DNA from: a virus
IMG/VR virus record: IMGVR_UViG_3300027749_000066
Location: 33,487-97,486 of that record
Length of the DNA stretch: 64,000 nucleotides
Reading direction: 5' to 3' (one strand)
Part shown: one piece after another, positions 21,133-31,326 of the stretch
How the letters are laid out: the number at the start of each line of letters is the position of its first letter
Numbering within the stretch: the first letter of the stretch is position 1
Made by a program: the position numbers and the translations under genes
The notes under the pieces: generated by a model
Seen by the model: the letters and a program-made list of their open reading frames with translations, nothing else
Told to the model about the DNA's origin: nothing
Database searches by the model: none

Positions 21133-21273
21133 ATGTCAGCAATATTTGATATTATTAGATTGCTAATCTCTGCTGCCTTAGCAGTTATCGCTGGGATAGC
21201 AATTCTTTTACTATCTATCTTTTTCATAGTAATACTAGTTGGTATGCCACTCGCTTTTATTGCGGGTCTATAG
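21133..21273 (+). CDS. small membrane protein (46 aa)
   Basis: RBS AGGAGG, fully hydrophobic. Confidence 0.55.
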   Translation: MSAIFDIIRLLISAALAVIAGIAILLLSIFFIVILVGMPLAFIAGL

Positions 21274-21285
21274 TGAGAGTGATTT

Positions 21286-21579
21286 ATGAGTAATGATAAT
21301 TATTTTGTAGTAGAGGCTAGATTGCCTGTTTATATTGAGGAAGCTCTTTCTCCAGAAGAAGCCGCAAGGAAAGCAGCAAGAATTATTGAGAATGAGTATG
21401 GTGTCAATATAAGTAACTGGTTTCTTAGAGTGTTCGAATATGGTGCTGGCGAAGAGTCTGGACCTATTGCTGAATATTTTTCGAATCCGGCAGGATCAAA
21501 GTTCCGTAAAATTGATCAGAATGTCAAAGAACACGATGACAAAATTCGTCAAGAAACAATAGAAAGCAATAGGGGATAA
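21286..21579 (+). CDS. hypothetical protein
   Basis: Tightly packed chain. Confidence 0.65.
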   Translation: MSNDNYFVVEARLPVYIEEALSPEEAARKAARIIENEYGVNISNWFLRVFEYGAGEESGPIAEYFSNPAGSKFRKIDQNVKEHDDKIRQETIESNRG

Positions 21580-21583
21580 CGCA

Positions 21584-22039
21584 ATGGGCTATTATATTAG
21601 TTTGATTGATAGTAACGCTAAGCTTTGCGCTGAAGATTTAGATGAGGCTTATCGTATTTTGTGTGAGTTGAATAATGACAACACTCAAAAAACTGGTGGA
21701 ACGATTCCTATTGATAGAAAAGATGGGCCTCATGAAAACATTTGGTTTTCTTGGATGCCTTGGAATTATCCTGATCTTCTCAAAAGTGCTGCAGAAATTT
21801 TTGAGTATCTTGGTTTTTCTATGATCTGTCATGAAAATGGTGATCTTTTGCTTACCGGATATGATGATAAGATGGGCGCTGAAGATGTGTTTTTGGATAG
21901 TCTTAGTCATCTTTGGAATTCTGTAGATGAAGTAGAAAATCCATATTTCGCTTGGCGTGGTGAAGAGGGTGATATGTGGAGAACCATTTACGTTGGTGGT
22001 AAAGTTATAAATCAGACAGCTAAAATTGAATGGGGTTGA
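21584..22039 (+). CDS. hypothetical phage protein
   Basis: MGY...WRGEEGDMWR family pattern. Confidence 0.7.
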   Translation: MGYYISLIDSNAKLCAEDLDEAYRILCELNNDNTQKTGGTIPIDRKDGPHENIWFSWMPWNYPDLLKSAAEIFEYLGFSMICHENGDLLLTGYDDKMGAEDVFLDSLSHLWNSVDEVENPYFAWRGEEGDMWRTIYVGGKVINQTAKIEWG

Positions 22040-22049
22040 AGTAATACAA

Positions 22050-22310
22050 ATGGTTACTGAATACAAAACTACTGTTAGTTTTCTTCATTCTCCTTTTCCT
22101 TATGAGAATGAGCAGAAGAAGAAGTATAAGCCTTCTATTTTCAATGGTTGGTTTACTATTGATGAGTTGCGTAAGATGAATCCTGCTTTTAAGAACAAAG
22201 ATGTTAATTGGGTTCCGAATGTCGATTTGCCTTATCCTGATGAAGTTACATTGTTTCATCCTTACAATGGTTATTATGTTCTTATTTCCGAATCAAGAAT
22301 TAGGAGTTAG
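22050..22310 (+). CDS. hypothetical protein
   Basis: Tightly packed chain. Confidence 0.55.
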   Translation: MVTEYKTTVSFLHSPFPYENEQKKKYKPSIFNGWFTIDELRKMNPAFKNKDVNWVPNVDLPYPDEVTLFHPYNGYYVLISESRIRS

Positions 22311-22312
22311 AA

Positions 22313-22708
22313 ATGTCTGTTACTGATACATCCCTTGAAGTTGTTGGAAGTATTAAGGTTAATTATCCATTGACTCGTCAGTTTGTTGACGATCTTCTTG
22401 TCACTGCTTTTGAAGGTGGCATTAATTATTGGTGTAGCAAAGCTTATCCTGTTGATAATATTTTCCCTGAAGGCGCAGTTTATACTTCTGATTGTTTGTC
22501 TCGGGGTAGAGATATTGTTATTGTTGAAGAATCAGATGAAGATGGAGATCAAGGTAAGAATCATATTCTTACTCTTGATAATCTTATCTTTGGCATCAAG
22601 TGTTTTATGAATATGCCTAATGCCAATAATATCTTCGATGATTATGATGCTTTTGATGCTGATGTTATTATTCAATTTGCAATTTTCAATGATGTTGTAT
22701 ACGGATAA
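22313..22708 (+). CDS. hypothetical phage protein
   Basis: TAFEGGINYW...DADVIIQFAIFNDVVYG family pattern. Confidence 0.7.
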   Translation: MSVTDTSLEVVGSIKVNYPLTRQFVDDLLVTAFEGGINYWCSKAYPVDNIFPEGAVYTSDCLSRGRDIVIVEESDEDGDQGKNHILTLDNLIFGIKCFMNMPNANNIFDDYDAFDADVIIQFAIFNDVVYG

Positions 22709-22721
22709 GGGAGATATTTTA

Positions 22722-22934
22722 ATGGGTGATAATATTTACACTGTTAGTATTAGTAACACTTTCAATGCTGATTCTGCTAATGATGCTGTTATGCAAATGA
22801 TTTGTTGGCTTCAAGAGTCTGCTCATTCTGCTGATTATCTTGTTGAGTGGGAAGCTATCGTTGCTGATATGTTTCGCAATTGTTCTGTGTTTATTGACTC
22901 AGGACAAATGATTCGTGAAAAAATTGAGTATTGA
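22722..22934 (+). CDS. hypothetical protein
   Basis: RBS GGGAG. Confidence 0.55.
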   Translation: MGDNIYTVSISNTFNADSANDAVMQMICWLQESAHSADYLVEWEAIVADMFRNCSVFIDSGQMIREKIEY

Positions 22935-23059
22935 TATGGGTAAGAAACTTCGTGAAAAAGATTATCGTACTGGTTATGAGCAAGGTTATCGTGATGCTTT
23001 GAAGCAAGCAATGTCTATTGTTCATATGGAATGGGATCGACATAACAAGGAGATTAAAG

Positions 23060-23242
23060 TTGTTAAAGAGTACGGCAGTATCTCTGTTTGAGAATATGAT
23101 ATTACCCGGTGTAATTGCTGCTTATAGTGAATCTGATAAAGTTGCGATTAGAACTGCTTGGAATGATTGGACTGACGGTTTGTGTAAGTCTGGAGAGATT
23201 ACACAAAAACAATATGAAAGTTGGTTGAACCCCTTTGAGTGA
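23060..23242 (+). CDS. hypothetical protein
   Basis: RBS AAGGAG; AWNDWTDGLCKSGEIT..QY motif. Confidence 0.6.
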   Translation: MLKSTAVSLFENMILPGVIAAYSESDKVAIRTAWNDWTDGLCKSGEITQKQYESWLNPFE

Positions 23243-23417
23243 TGGAATTCTTTTGAAGAATGACCCTGAGGTTGAGGATCTTATTGTTTCTATTATTCTT
23301 GGTATTGAGAAGTATAATGAGTATGCTAAGAATACTAATAAAGATTCATCAGGTACTAAGCTTATTATTAAACACAAGCTCAAAGAGCTTGACGACTTTG
23401 TTTGGAGTGTGATTTAA
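23235..23417 (+). CDS. hypothetical protein
   Basis: Coupled. Confidence 0.5.
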   Translation: MSDGILLKNDPEVEDLIVSIILGIEKYNEYAKNTNKDSSGTKLIIKHKLKELDDFVWSVI

Positions 23418-23611
23418 TGTCTGGTATTACTATTGGGAAAAATCATGAAGGTGCGTGGGTTCTTGATGCTATGTGCTTTGATGGTTATGAGACTTTTCTT
23501 CATACTATGAGATTTTATGACTATACTAAAGCTGAAGCTATCAAGTTGTTTAAGTCTCATTGCTTAGAAGAAGGGTTGAAAATTTTAACTTCGGAGGATG
23601 AATATGTCTAA
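23417..23611 (+). CDS. hypothetical protein
   Basis: Coupled, RBS GGAG. Confidence 0.6.
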   Translation: MSGITIGKNHEGAWVLDAMCFDGYETFLHTMRFYDYTKAEAIKLFKSHCLEEGLKILTSEDEYV

Positions 23612-23774
23612 AGGTATGTTTCGTCAGCAAGTTACTTTAACTGTAACTTATGATCTTGAAGAGTACGATCACCCTATGTATTGGGATTGGACTGAACTTT
23701 GTGGTAGTTTTTGTCGTGTCGTGGATAGTAGTGAAGTAAATCTTGTTATTGTCGATGATGGTTCTGATTTCTAG
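23604..23774 (+). CDS. hypothetical protein (56 aa)
   Basis: RBS GGAGG, coupled. Confidence 0.55.
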   Translation: MSKGMFRQQVTLTVTYDLEEYDHPMYWDWTELCGSFCRVVDSSEVNLVIVDDGSDF

Positions 23775-23840
23775 AGCAGAACTCAAGTGTGAATGATATA
23801 ATCTTGATATATCGTTTATACGATCAGACTAAATGGAGAA

Positions 23841-24077
23841 ATGACTATTATGAGTAAGTATCTGCACACTGTTGTAGATTTTTATCTTGAGGGAGATTCT
23901 GTCCCCAAAACTGGATATGTTGTTAGTGAACTTGATAATATTGCTAAGATTCGTGTTGAGCATGGGCCTAATCATGGCCTTTTGTTTGACGTTGAGTTTG
24001 ATAATATTATCGATGATTCTTTTGAAAGTTTTGAGTTAGAAGATCAAAAACTTTACTCTTGGTATGATGGTGAATAG
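23841..24077 (+). CDS. hypothetical protein
   Basis: RBS GGAG. Confidence 0.6.
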   Translation: MTIMSKYLHTVVDFYLEGDSVPKTGYVVSELDNIAKIRVEHGPNHGLLFDVEFDNIIDDSFESFELEDQKLYSWYDGE

Positions 24078-24211
24078 TAGCCATATTAAATTCTCCCAAT
24101 ATTTAGATTCATGTTGTGCGGCCGCAACATTAAGCTTTAGGTTGCGATAAACATTCACTGGCACACAATCTCGAGCTCATTCCGTGACTTTTATAAAACT
24201 AGGTACAACTT

Positions 24212-24241
24212 TTGACAGCAACTGGTTCAATCGACTAAGGT
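24212..24241 (+). promoter_or_regulatory. promoter with AACTGGTT in spacer
   Basis: TTGACA-18-TAAGGT; upstream AACTAGGT shared with the 19636 promoter. Confidence 0.6.
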
Positions 24242-24289
24242 ATGTAACACAAAGCGTTACTCCATTACCTACAGAAAGAAGTTGATCTT

Positions 24290-24529
24290 GTGAGAAATGT
24301 TGGGGTTGAGAATGTGATTAAAAGTTCAGATAACATTGAACTTTCGTATAATCATGAGACTCGTGATTTCGATTATCTTATTGGTAAAATTCTCCGTGAA
24401 CGTAATCTTGTTCGTATTGGAGTAATCATTGCTATTGATTATTTTCATGATGGTTATCATCATGATAATGCAGTAGCAGTTCTTGACAATGGTAAGCGTA
24501 TCAATTGTAGAAAGCTGGTTAAGCGATGA
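24290..24529 (+). CDS. hypothetical protein
   Basis: First ORF after promoter. Confidence 0.6.
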   Translation: MRNVGVENVIKSSDNIELSYNHETRDFDYLIGKILRERNLVRIGVIIAIDYFHDGYHHDNAVAVLDNGKRINCRKLVKR

Positions 24530-24726
24530 GTAATCACATTTGTTCCGAGATTCAGTATAGCCATGTTCATTCAGATTTGTGTGGAATTGATCTTCACGAT
24601 CAAGATTGGCGTAATCTTTTGCACCAGGCTTTGGATGAGTGGTTGGATAAGAGTAATGGTGACGGTTGTTTCTACGTTGGTGATGTTGCTTCTTATGCTA
24701 ACTCTGAGCATGAGGAGATGAACTAA
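24526..24726 (+). CDS. hypothetical protein
   Basis: ATGA coupling. Confidence 0.6.
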   Translation: MSNHICSEIQYSHVHSDLCGIDLHDQDWRNLLHQALDEWLDKSNGDGCFYVGDVASYANSEHEEMN

Positions 24727-25040
24727 TGGGAAAGATTACAATTCCTACTGATCCCGAGTTTTCTGATGTTGTTTATGAGTGTGATACTTGCGATAAAGCT
24801 TACACTTATGAACCAAAAGATTCTTTTCAGACTTACAATGCACAATGGTTTTGTTCGGAAGAATGCGGAAAGAATGGTGGTTGGTAATGCCTGACTCTAT
24901 GGATTGGGTAAAAAGTAATGTCAGAAGTTGTGATGAATGTGGCCGAGAAACTGATGCTGGCGAGTGGCCGGATTGGATAAACGGTATTTGTGAAGACTGC
25001 GATCCAAGCATTCTTTTTGATTACGATGAGGAGATTAGTA

Positions 25041-25250
25041 ATGTCTAGTTTCGAGAAGTTCTTGGAAGATGTTGATCTTTGCCTTATGAGTAAGCTTGGA
25101 CTTACTTCTAATTCTATTGGTGATGCTCCTTGGCATGATTATTTCGAAGATGAATTAGAAACAGAAGCTGCTTGTGCTTATGCTTTACATGATTATAATG
25201 ACGTTGACTTTAGCGTTCTTGAAACTATCGGATTGGCGGATTACATCTAA
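25041..25250 (+). CDS. small acidic protein
   Basis: RBS GAGGAG. Confidence 0.6.
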   Translation: MSSFEKFLEDVDLCLMSKLGLTSNSIGDAPWHDYFEDELETEAACAYALHDYNDVDFSVLETIGLADYI

Positions 25251-25645
25251 TGAATGATGATAGAGTTGCTATTCTTATCAAAGAAGCTTTTCCTTCTATT
25301 GATTGGAATAAAGTTAATGAAGCTGATCGTGCTCTAAACTTTGAGCTTCACTTTGGTCCTTTGCCTTCTGACTATTGGAGTGAGTGTGAGCCACTCCATT
25401 ATTATGAATGGAAGGGTTGGGAGAAAGCTTGTCATGATCTTTCAGAAATGCTTTCTGATCTTCCAGTTAAGATCTTTTATTCCGAAGATGCTGAATGTAT
25501 TAGCATTAGCCATCCTGAAGATGATCCAGAAAATTGGACTAAGTATGAAGATAGTGATGAGTATTACTGGAGTGGATTTGATTATTGGGAATTGAATCCT
25601 TTGAAGTATGTGTTGCACAAAGAGTCCTATATGCAGATTTATTGA
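25250..25645 (+). CDS. acidic hypothetical protein
   Basis: TAATG coupling. Confidence 0.65.
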   Translation: MNDDRVAILIKEAFPSIDWNKVNEADRALNFELHFGPLPSDYWSECEPLHYYEWKGWEKACHDLSEMLSDLPVKIFYSEDAECISISHPEDDPENWTKYEDSDEYYWSGFDYWELNPLKYVLHKESYMQIY

Positions 25646-25653
25646 TTGGAGTT

Positions 25654-25866
25654 ATGATGAGTAAAGCTAAGAGTCATATTGTTCAGGTTCCAATTTATCT
25701 TTATGTTGATGTGACTGATAAGGAACTTCATGAAGATAACATTGATTTTCTTGTTGAAGAGAAAGTGATTGCTAAGTATAAGAATTCTGATGGTGAGCTT
25801 CATCTTTCTACAAATCTTCTCATGTTTGATGACTGGGATATTTACGAAACAGAATACGAGGATTAA
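25654..25866 (+). CDS. acidic hypothetical protein
   Basis: RBS GGAG. Confidence 0.6.
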   Translation: MMSKAKSHIVQVPIYLYVDVTDKELHEDNIDFLVEEKVIAKYKNSDGELHLSTNLLMFDDWDIYETEYED

Positions 25867-25868
25867 TT

Positions 25869-26279
25869 ATGTCTGAGGTATTGATTGGTAGTATCGGTGT
25901 TGATTCGGGTCAGATGATGTTGTGTGATCCATGTTATATTGAATCATCTTGGAAGAAGGAAGATATTGACTTCAAAAATATTGATCAGTATGCCGGTAAG
26001 TTTAATTATGGTGGTGCCTGTCAAGCTACTCTTTCTGATAAGAGTGCAGGTATTCTTGAAGATGGTATTGGTGCTGTTTGTGCTACTGGTTTTGGTGATG
26101 GTAGTTACAATGTGTATGTTACTTACTCTGATGAAGGATCTTGGGGTAAACGTATTTCGGAAATGAGAATTGTTTTCATCGGTGATGAAGTCGAGGAAGA
26201 TAATGAAGATGATATTTGTTTTTATTGTTGTGGTGAATATTGTGATGGTGAATGTCAAAATGAGGATGAAGAAGAATGA
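25869..26279 (+). CDS. DUF4241-like protein
   Basis: GVDSGQMMLCDPCY, TGFGDGSYNVY. Confidence 0.7.
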   Translation: MSEVLIGSIGVDSGQMMLCDPCYIESSWKKEDIDFKNIDQYAGKFNYGGACQATLSDKSAGILEDGIGAVCATGFGDGSYNVYVTYSDEGSWGKRISEMRIVFIGDEVEEDNEDDICFYCCGEYCDGECQNEDEEE

Positions 26280-26488
26280 GTGTTATTGATTTGAATATTC
26301 CCCTTCAACATGAATATGATGTTGTTGAGGGAAGTTATTGTATTGAATGCTTTAGTCCTCCAGGTTGGAGGTATGCAAATTTCTTTAATGGTCATGGTCC
26401 TTTCTGTAATAAGAAATGCTTTGCAAAGTATATTGGTATTGACTATGGAAAGCTTCCTAAGTTGAATAGAATAGGAAAGATTAAGTGA
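26276..26488 (+). CDS. small zinc-binding protein
   Basis: CIEC..FCNKKC. Confidence 0.55.
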   Translation: MSVIDLNIPLQHEYDVVEGSYCIECFSPPGWRYANFFNGHGPFCNKKCFAKYIGIDYGKLPKLNRIGKIK

Positions 26489-26733
26489 TTACAACAAGAG
26501 TTGTTTGCGATAGGGTTTGTAAATTCTCTAATTCCTATAATATTGATTGTGTTGAGTATAATTATACTCTTCATATTCTAGTAGTTACTTTTAATACTGG
26601 GTCTACTTATCAGTATTACGATGTTCCAGTTGATGTATTTGGTAGTATTGTTACTGCACCGTCTATTGGTAAAGCTTTTAATCAGTATGTATCTCGTCGT
26701 GAGTTTCGTTATATCAAATTGGAGGATAAGTAA
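26485..26733 (+). CDS. KTSC domain protein
   Basis: S.NI..V.Y....LVVTFNTGSTYQYYDVP...APSIGKAFN. Confidence 0.85.
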   Translation: MITTRVVCDRVCKFSNSYNIDCVEYNYTLHILVVTFNTGSTYQYYDVPVDVFGSIVTAPSIGKAFNQYVSRREFRYIKLEDK

Positions 26734-26999
26734 TGACTGTCACAATTGATGTAAATGTTCCAATCACTCTTGATGATTGGATGTGTAATCTTACTCTTGC
26801 TGATTTTGAGAGTATGGAAGTTATTGATTCAGGTTGGACTTGTGATCTTTATGTTCATGATTTTAATCATGGCAATGGTCATAAGATTTGGCTCTCTAGA
26901 GTCGGTATTGATGGTGGTATGCCTTATGATAACGCTGTCATTATTGAGAAGTATATTGCAAATCGTTGGGTTGACGTTCTAATTTACGAAGCACTCTGA
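26733..26999 (+). CDS. hypothetical protein
   Basis: Coupled. Confidence 0.6.
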   Translation: MTVTIDVNVPITLDDWMCNLTLADFESMEVIDSGWTCDLYVHDFNHGNGHKIWLSRVGIDGGMPYDNAVIIEKYIANRWVDVLIYEAL

Positions 27000-27013
27000 A
27001 AGGTATAACTATT

Positions 27014-27430
27014 ATGTCGCTTAATTGGGATCTTACGAAGATTAAGAATTACGAAGAATTTTGCTGGTTGAAGAATGATGATGATGATACGGTAAAACTT
27101 AATACTGCAACTGAAGCTTTGATTTGGCTTTCGATGGGTATTGGTATGAATCGTATCACTGAGGCTAATGCTGCTGAATTTTATTCAAGAGTTTCTTTGT
27201 ATGAAAAGTTGAATGGTTCTATGCGTAGTGTTTGGTATGATGATGATAGAGGTCATCAGCGTATCTTTACTTCAGAAGAAGATGTATATAATCACATTGG
27301 CTTGGGTACTAATGCAACTCCTTATACTGACGCTAAGTTTCGTAAGTTGATGTTTGACTGTGCAAATAGAGATGCTTCTCGAGCTTTCCGTGAGTATGTC
27401 AAGGAATTGAATAAGGAAGAGGTTGCATGA
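27014..27430 (+). CDS. hypothetical phage protein
   Basis: MSLNW...HIGLGTNA pattern. Confidence 0.65.
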   Translation: MSLNWDLTKIKNYEEFCWLKNDDDDTVKLNTATEALIWLSMGIGMNRITEANAAEFYSRVSLYEKLNGSMRSVWYDDDRGHQRIFTSEEDVYNHIGLGTNATPYTDAKFRKLMFDCANRDASRAFREYVKELNKEEVA

Positions 27431-27651
27431 GTTATATTGAGATTAGTGAAGATAATAGTAGTATCCCGGTATCAGTAACGATTGACACTGATATTGCTGG
27501 TATCGTTATTCTTGCAAGACTTTGTTTGTTTGCAAATGATATTGATATGGGTGAGGGTTATGATATGAATGATATCTATTCTCAACTTGTATCTAATCTT
27601 GAGCAGTATGGAAATATTATCGCTTCTGAACCTATTGAATTTGAGGAGTAG
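27427..27651 (+). CDS. acidic hypothetical protein
   Basis: ATGA coupling. Confidence 0.6.
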   Translation: MSYIEISEDNSSIPVSVTIDTDIAGIVILARLCLFANDIDMGEGYDMNDIYSQLVSNLEQYGNIIASEPIEFEE

Positions 27652-27656
27652 TTAAA

Positions 27657-28415
27657 ATGTCCGAGTACGTTGATCTTGCGAAGCAATCTTTAAAGCATCC
27701 TAGTGATTTTGGTTGGTATGGTTTCGAAGAGATGTTTGTTACTTGGGGTTTTGCTGGCATCAATAAAGATGCACGGGATGTTATTGCTGACGTTTCTAAT
27801 TGGTATTGTACTATTGCCGAAATGAAGCGTTTGTTCCCTGATACTTATGATGAGTGTTTTTCTGAGGTTGGTCTAAGGCATTGGCTTGTTGGTCATGCTG
27901 ATCAACTTTGTGTTAAGGTTTTGAGATCAGAAGTTCCTCATCATTTGATTACTGATGAAGATATTACTGATGAGTTCAAAGCTGTTGTGGATATTGCAAC
28001 TTATCTTTCTAATGAGTATCCCATTCTTGATGAAGAAGATTATTCTGATCGTCAATGGAAAGCAGGTGCTGATAATATTGAGTGGTGTATTGACAATAAT
28101 GTTTTCGATTGGTGTCAGTATGTTGACAATTATGTCGGTATTGGTGGTGAAGTTCAGTCTTGGCTTGCTAGCAATGATTATGATTGTGATAATTATGATG
28201 ATCAGGGTGTTCCTATTTATAACGAGGAAGAGATTCTAGAAGCTGTTTATTATCTAGGTCTTGATATTCGTTTGAATGATGATGATGCTGACATTCATAG
28301 TTTGGATGATGCTACATCTTTTTGGCTTTCTTATGAGAGAAGTAATCCTTCGATTGCTGCTAATCGTAAGAATCGACGTTGGGAAGAAGCTGGACAATTG
28401 AAGTTGGAGGTTTGA
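27657..28415 (+). CDS. acidic hypothetical phage protein
   Basis: HWLVGH, YPILDEEDYS motifs. Confidence 0.7.
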   Translation: MSEYVDLAKQSLKHPSDFGWYGFEEMFVTWGFAGINKDARDVIADVSNWYCTIAEMKRLFPDTYDECFSEVGLRHWLVGHADQLCVKVLRSEVPHHLITDEDITDEFKAVVDIATYLSNEYPILDEEDYSDRQWKAGADNIEWCIDNNVFDWCQYVDNYVGIGGEVQSWLASNDYDCDNYDDQGVPIYNEEEILEAVYYLGLDIRLNDDDADIHSLDDATSFWLSYERSNPSIAANRKNRRWEEAGQLKLEV

Positions 28416-28416
28416 T

Positions 28417-28668
28417 ATGTCAACTATTGTGCTAGATCCTATTTTGGATATCATTGAAGATGTGACTGAGGAACTTGAATTTGAAGAGCCTACTGTTTCT
28501 CATCTTATTACCAAAGAAGATGCCATGAATGGTTATATTAATGGTGTAGCTATTACTGCACTTTGTGGCCATGTATTTGTTCCTACTAGAGATCCTAATA
28601 AGTTTCCTCTTTGTCAAAAATGTATTGAGGTTGCCAAGAATGGCTTTAACAATGGAGATGGCGAGTGA
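28417..28668 (+). CDS. DUF3039 family protein
   Basis: SH...G..ITALCGHVFVPTRDPNKFPLCQKC. Confidence 0.85.
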   Translation: MSTIVLDPILDIIEDVTEELEFEEPTVSHLITKEDAMNGYINGVAITALCGHVFVPTRDPNKFPLCQKCIEVAKNGFNNGDGE

Positions 28669-29069
28669 ATTCAAAAGATTATTTTGAAGATATCAAGTCT
28701 TTTATTGAGGCTGGTAGGAGTAATGATTTCCGAAAACTTTCTCATGAGACTTGGTATGTGAAAACCACTGATGCTTTTGACAATACTGTTTATGGTATTC
28801 AGTATCATAATACTGTTATTGCTGGTATCAAGGAAGATGGAAGTTATTTTATTAATAATGGGGGTTGGTTTAGTGCAACGACTAAAAAGAGGATTAACGA
28901 GTTTCTTCGAAAGATTGGGTGGGATTCTGTTATTTCTCAGCGCAGTTACCAGTGGTATTTTGGTAGCGTTCATTTTAGTGGAGTTGCTTTATTTGATTGG
29001 ACGAATGTTCAATTAGATAGCTCGACTATTGATTGTTTTGCTTATCCGGTTAATACGATTGGAGTTTGA
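28665..29069 (+). CDS. hypothetical phage protein
   Basis: YHNTVIA...GGWFSATTKKRINEF pattern. Confidence 0.7.
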   Translation: MNSKDYFEDIKSFIEAGRSNDFRKLSHETWYVKTTDAFDNTVYGIQYHNTVIAGIKEDGSYFINNGGWFSATTKKRINEFLRKIGWDSVISQRSYQWYFGSVHFSGVALFDWTNVQLDSSTIDCFAYPVNTIGV

Positions 29070-29217
29070 TTATGGAATCGCATCCTGACTCTATTGAAGA
29101 GTGTGCTATCGGTTGTAGTAGTTGTATCTATACGACTGATGAAGATGGTAATGAGATCATTAATTATTGCAGGATTTGTTGTGAAACAATGTTGGATTGG
29201 GTTTGGTGAAAGGGGTT

Positions 29218-29418
29218 ATGATGGAATTTGCTGTTACTATCACTCAGACTATTTATCACACTGTTGTTATTGATGCTGATAATGCTGATGAAATTCGTCA
29301 GTTTGGTGTGAGTGATGTTTATGATCTTATTGCTGATGGTGATGTTTCTGCTTTTGAAGATCCTTATATTTGTCATATTTACAATAATGAAACTCATGAA
29401 GAATGGATGGTTAACTGA
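29218..29418 (+). CDS. small acidic protein
   Basis: RBS AAGGGG. Confidence 0.55.
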   Translation: MMEFAVTITQTIYHTVVIDADNADEIRQFGVSDVYDLIADGDVSAFEDPYICHIYNNETHEEWMVN

Positions 29419-29419
29419 T

Positions 29420-29602
29420 ATGGAAGAGCGTTACTATAAGATTGTGGTTGTCAGTGAAACTGTGACTACTTATGGTGGTTATTTTCGCAATATTGCACAA
29501 GCTTTTGTTGATTTTCAAGATGATGATCTTGATGTTGAGACTATTCATATTGGTTTTGGTGATAGCCGTATTGTTTCTATTGAGGAGTCAACCAATGACT
29601 GA
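29420..29602 (+). CDS. small acidic protein
   Basis: Packed chain. Confidence 0.55.
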   Translation: MEERYYKIVVVSETVTTYGGYFRNIAQAFVDFQDDDLDVETIHIGFGDSRIVSIEESTND

Positions 29603-29849
29603 AGTAATTGTGCCTGCTTGGAATAATGAAACTGCCCGTACTTTAACTAATTTTTATGCTGAAGGTGGACAGTCTGCTGTTTTTGATTATGTTCACAGGA
29701 ATCATCGTGATTGGGATTGGATGTATTGTGAACCTTGTGAGTGCGAATCTCCTGTTTTTAAAGTTGAGGGAGAGAAGATTTGTGCAGTTTGCTTCACTGT
29801 ATTTGAGAAGTTTTATTTTCAGATAGGAGAGGATCTAATTGAAGTCTGA
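29595..29849 (+). CDS. zinc-ribbon protein
   Basis: CEPC..CAVC, RBS GAGGAG. Confidence 0.6.
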   Translation: MTEVIVPAWNNETARTLTNFYAEGGQSAVFDYVHRNHRDWDWMYCEPCECESPVFKVEGEKICAVCFTVFEKFYFQIGEDLIEV

Positions 29850-30228
29850 CGTTCTAACTTGTAGTGTTGCTAGTTATATGACTGATCAGCATGGTGTTGA
29901 TAAGTATTGGCAGTGTAATCAGGTTGCTATTGATGAATGTTGTGATGCTTATTATTGTGATGATTGCATCAAGCTTCATAGAGAGTATGATACTCATGAT
30001 TGTTTGTGATATGTTTAGTACTGCACAATATGCTTCAGATCCTTTTTGGCGTTGTGATATGCCTGCTGTTTATGAATGTTGTGATCGTCACTATTGTGAT
30101 ATTTGTTTTGATATGCACAAGAAGTTTGTGCGTCATGATTGTTATTGCTGTGAGAATACTGGAGTTGTTGTAAATAAGGTTGGTCTTATTAATATCGGTC
30201 AGGCTTGCGTTCTATGTGAAGGAGATGT

Positions 30229-30588
30229 GTGATGGGTGCAGAAAGTTTTTATTGTGAGTTTCAAGGTGAGACTTTGCAAGAAGCTTTTGATAATGCTGTC
30301 AAAGATGCTTATTACTGGCATGGTCATGCTGGCTATACAGGTACGATTTGCGAAAAAGATCAAGTTGTGGCTTTTCGTAATATTCCAAATCCAACTTCTG
30401 ATGAGGCACATAAGTTTTATGCTGCATTGGATATGAGTTGGCAGGAAACTTCTGAACTTCTTGTTGAGAAATTTGGTGAGGAAGTAGCTACCGAAATGTG
30501 TAACGCATACAATGATAAGTGGGGTCCAGCAGTTGCTTTTTATCTTGGTGATAACAATTGGTTTTTTTGTGGCATGGCGTCATCGTAA
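30229..30588 (+). CDS. hypothetical phage protein
   Basis: GH.GYTGTI.EK...DKWGPA...WFFCGMASS family pattern. Confidence 0.75.
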   Translation: MMGAESFYCEFQGETLQEAFDNAVKDAYYWHGHAGYTGTICEKDQVVAFRNIPNPTSDEAHKFYAALDMSWQETSELLVEKFGEEVATEMCNAYNDKWGPAVAFYLGDNNWFFCGMASS

Positions 30589-30625
30589 GTTTAATATCTA
30601 ATCAACTAACAGAAAGAAAAACAAA

Positions 30626-31051
30626 ATGACTGAAATCAGAGCAGATCTTATTTTTACTGGTACTGAGATTGCTGAGATTGTTGGTGAGCATCTAAATGAG
30701 AAGATGTATGATTATGCTTTTCGTACAGATATTGCTCAGGTTATTGCTTCTAGTGATGTTCTTTGTTCTGATGTTCTTGAGAACATGGATTATTCTTCCA
30801 TTGTTGAGGGTGTGACTGAAGACATTCGTTACAACCATATGGATGAAGTTGCTGAAGCAATGGTAGAAGACTTCACGAATAGTATTCTTGAGAATACAAT
30901 GTTCATGGAGTCGATGCATGAAAAGATTGAACAGTATCTTGATGAGACTATTATGAATAGGGTCAAGGAATTGTCTGATCGTTTGGCTATTGTTGAACTG
31001 AAGCTCGAGCGTTCTTCTTCTAAGAAGACTTTTTGGAAAGGTTGGTTCTGA
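30626..31051 (+). CDS. acidic helical protein
   Basis: RBS AGAAAG. Confidence 0.65.
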   Translation: MTEIRADLIFTGTEIAEIVGEHLNEKMYDYAFRTDIAQVIASSDVLCSDVLENMDYSSIVEGVTEDIRYNHMDEVAEAMVEDFTNSILENTMFMESMHEKIEQYLDETIMNRVKELSDRLAIVELKLERSSSKKTFWKGWF

Positions 31052-31275
31052 TGGATACTAATGAAAAGTGCTGGGTTATTTACAGTATGAAGTTGGATAG
31101 CAATAATACTTATTATCTCAATAAGAAACTTGAGTTGAGTATTGAAGATACTTTGGTTAAAGCTGTTAAGGATGATATTTATCCGGGTGCGCCAACAGTA
31201 ATTACTCTTTCTTATTCTGATGGTAGTGAAACTGTTCTTCGTCTTGTTGATGAAAGTCAAATTGTTACTAATTAA
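31051..31275 (+). CDS. hypothetical protein
   Basis: TGATG coupling. Confidence 0.55.
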   Translation: MDTNEKCWVIYSMKLDSNNTYYLNKKLELSIEDTLVKAVKDDIYPGAPTVITLSYSDGSETVLRLVDESQIVTN

Positions 31276-31326
31276 TTATCACGCTTTTACATATAATTAT
31301 CCTAAGAGAAAAGATAGGAATTTGTT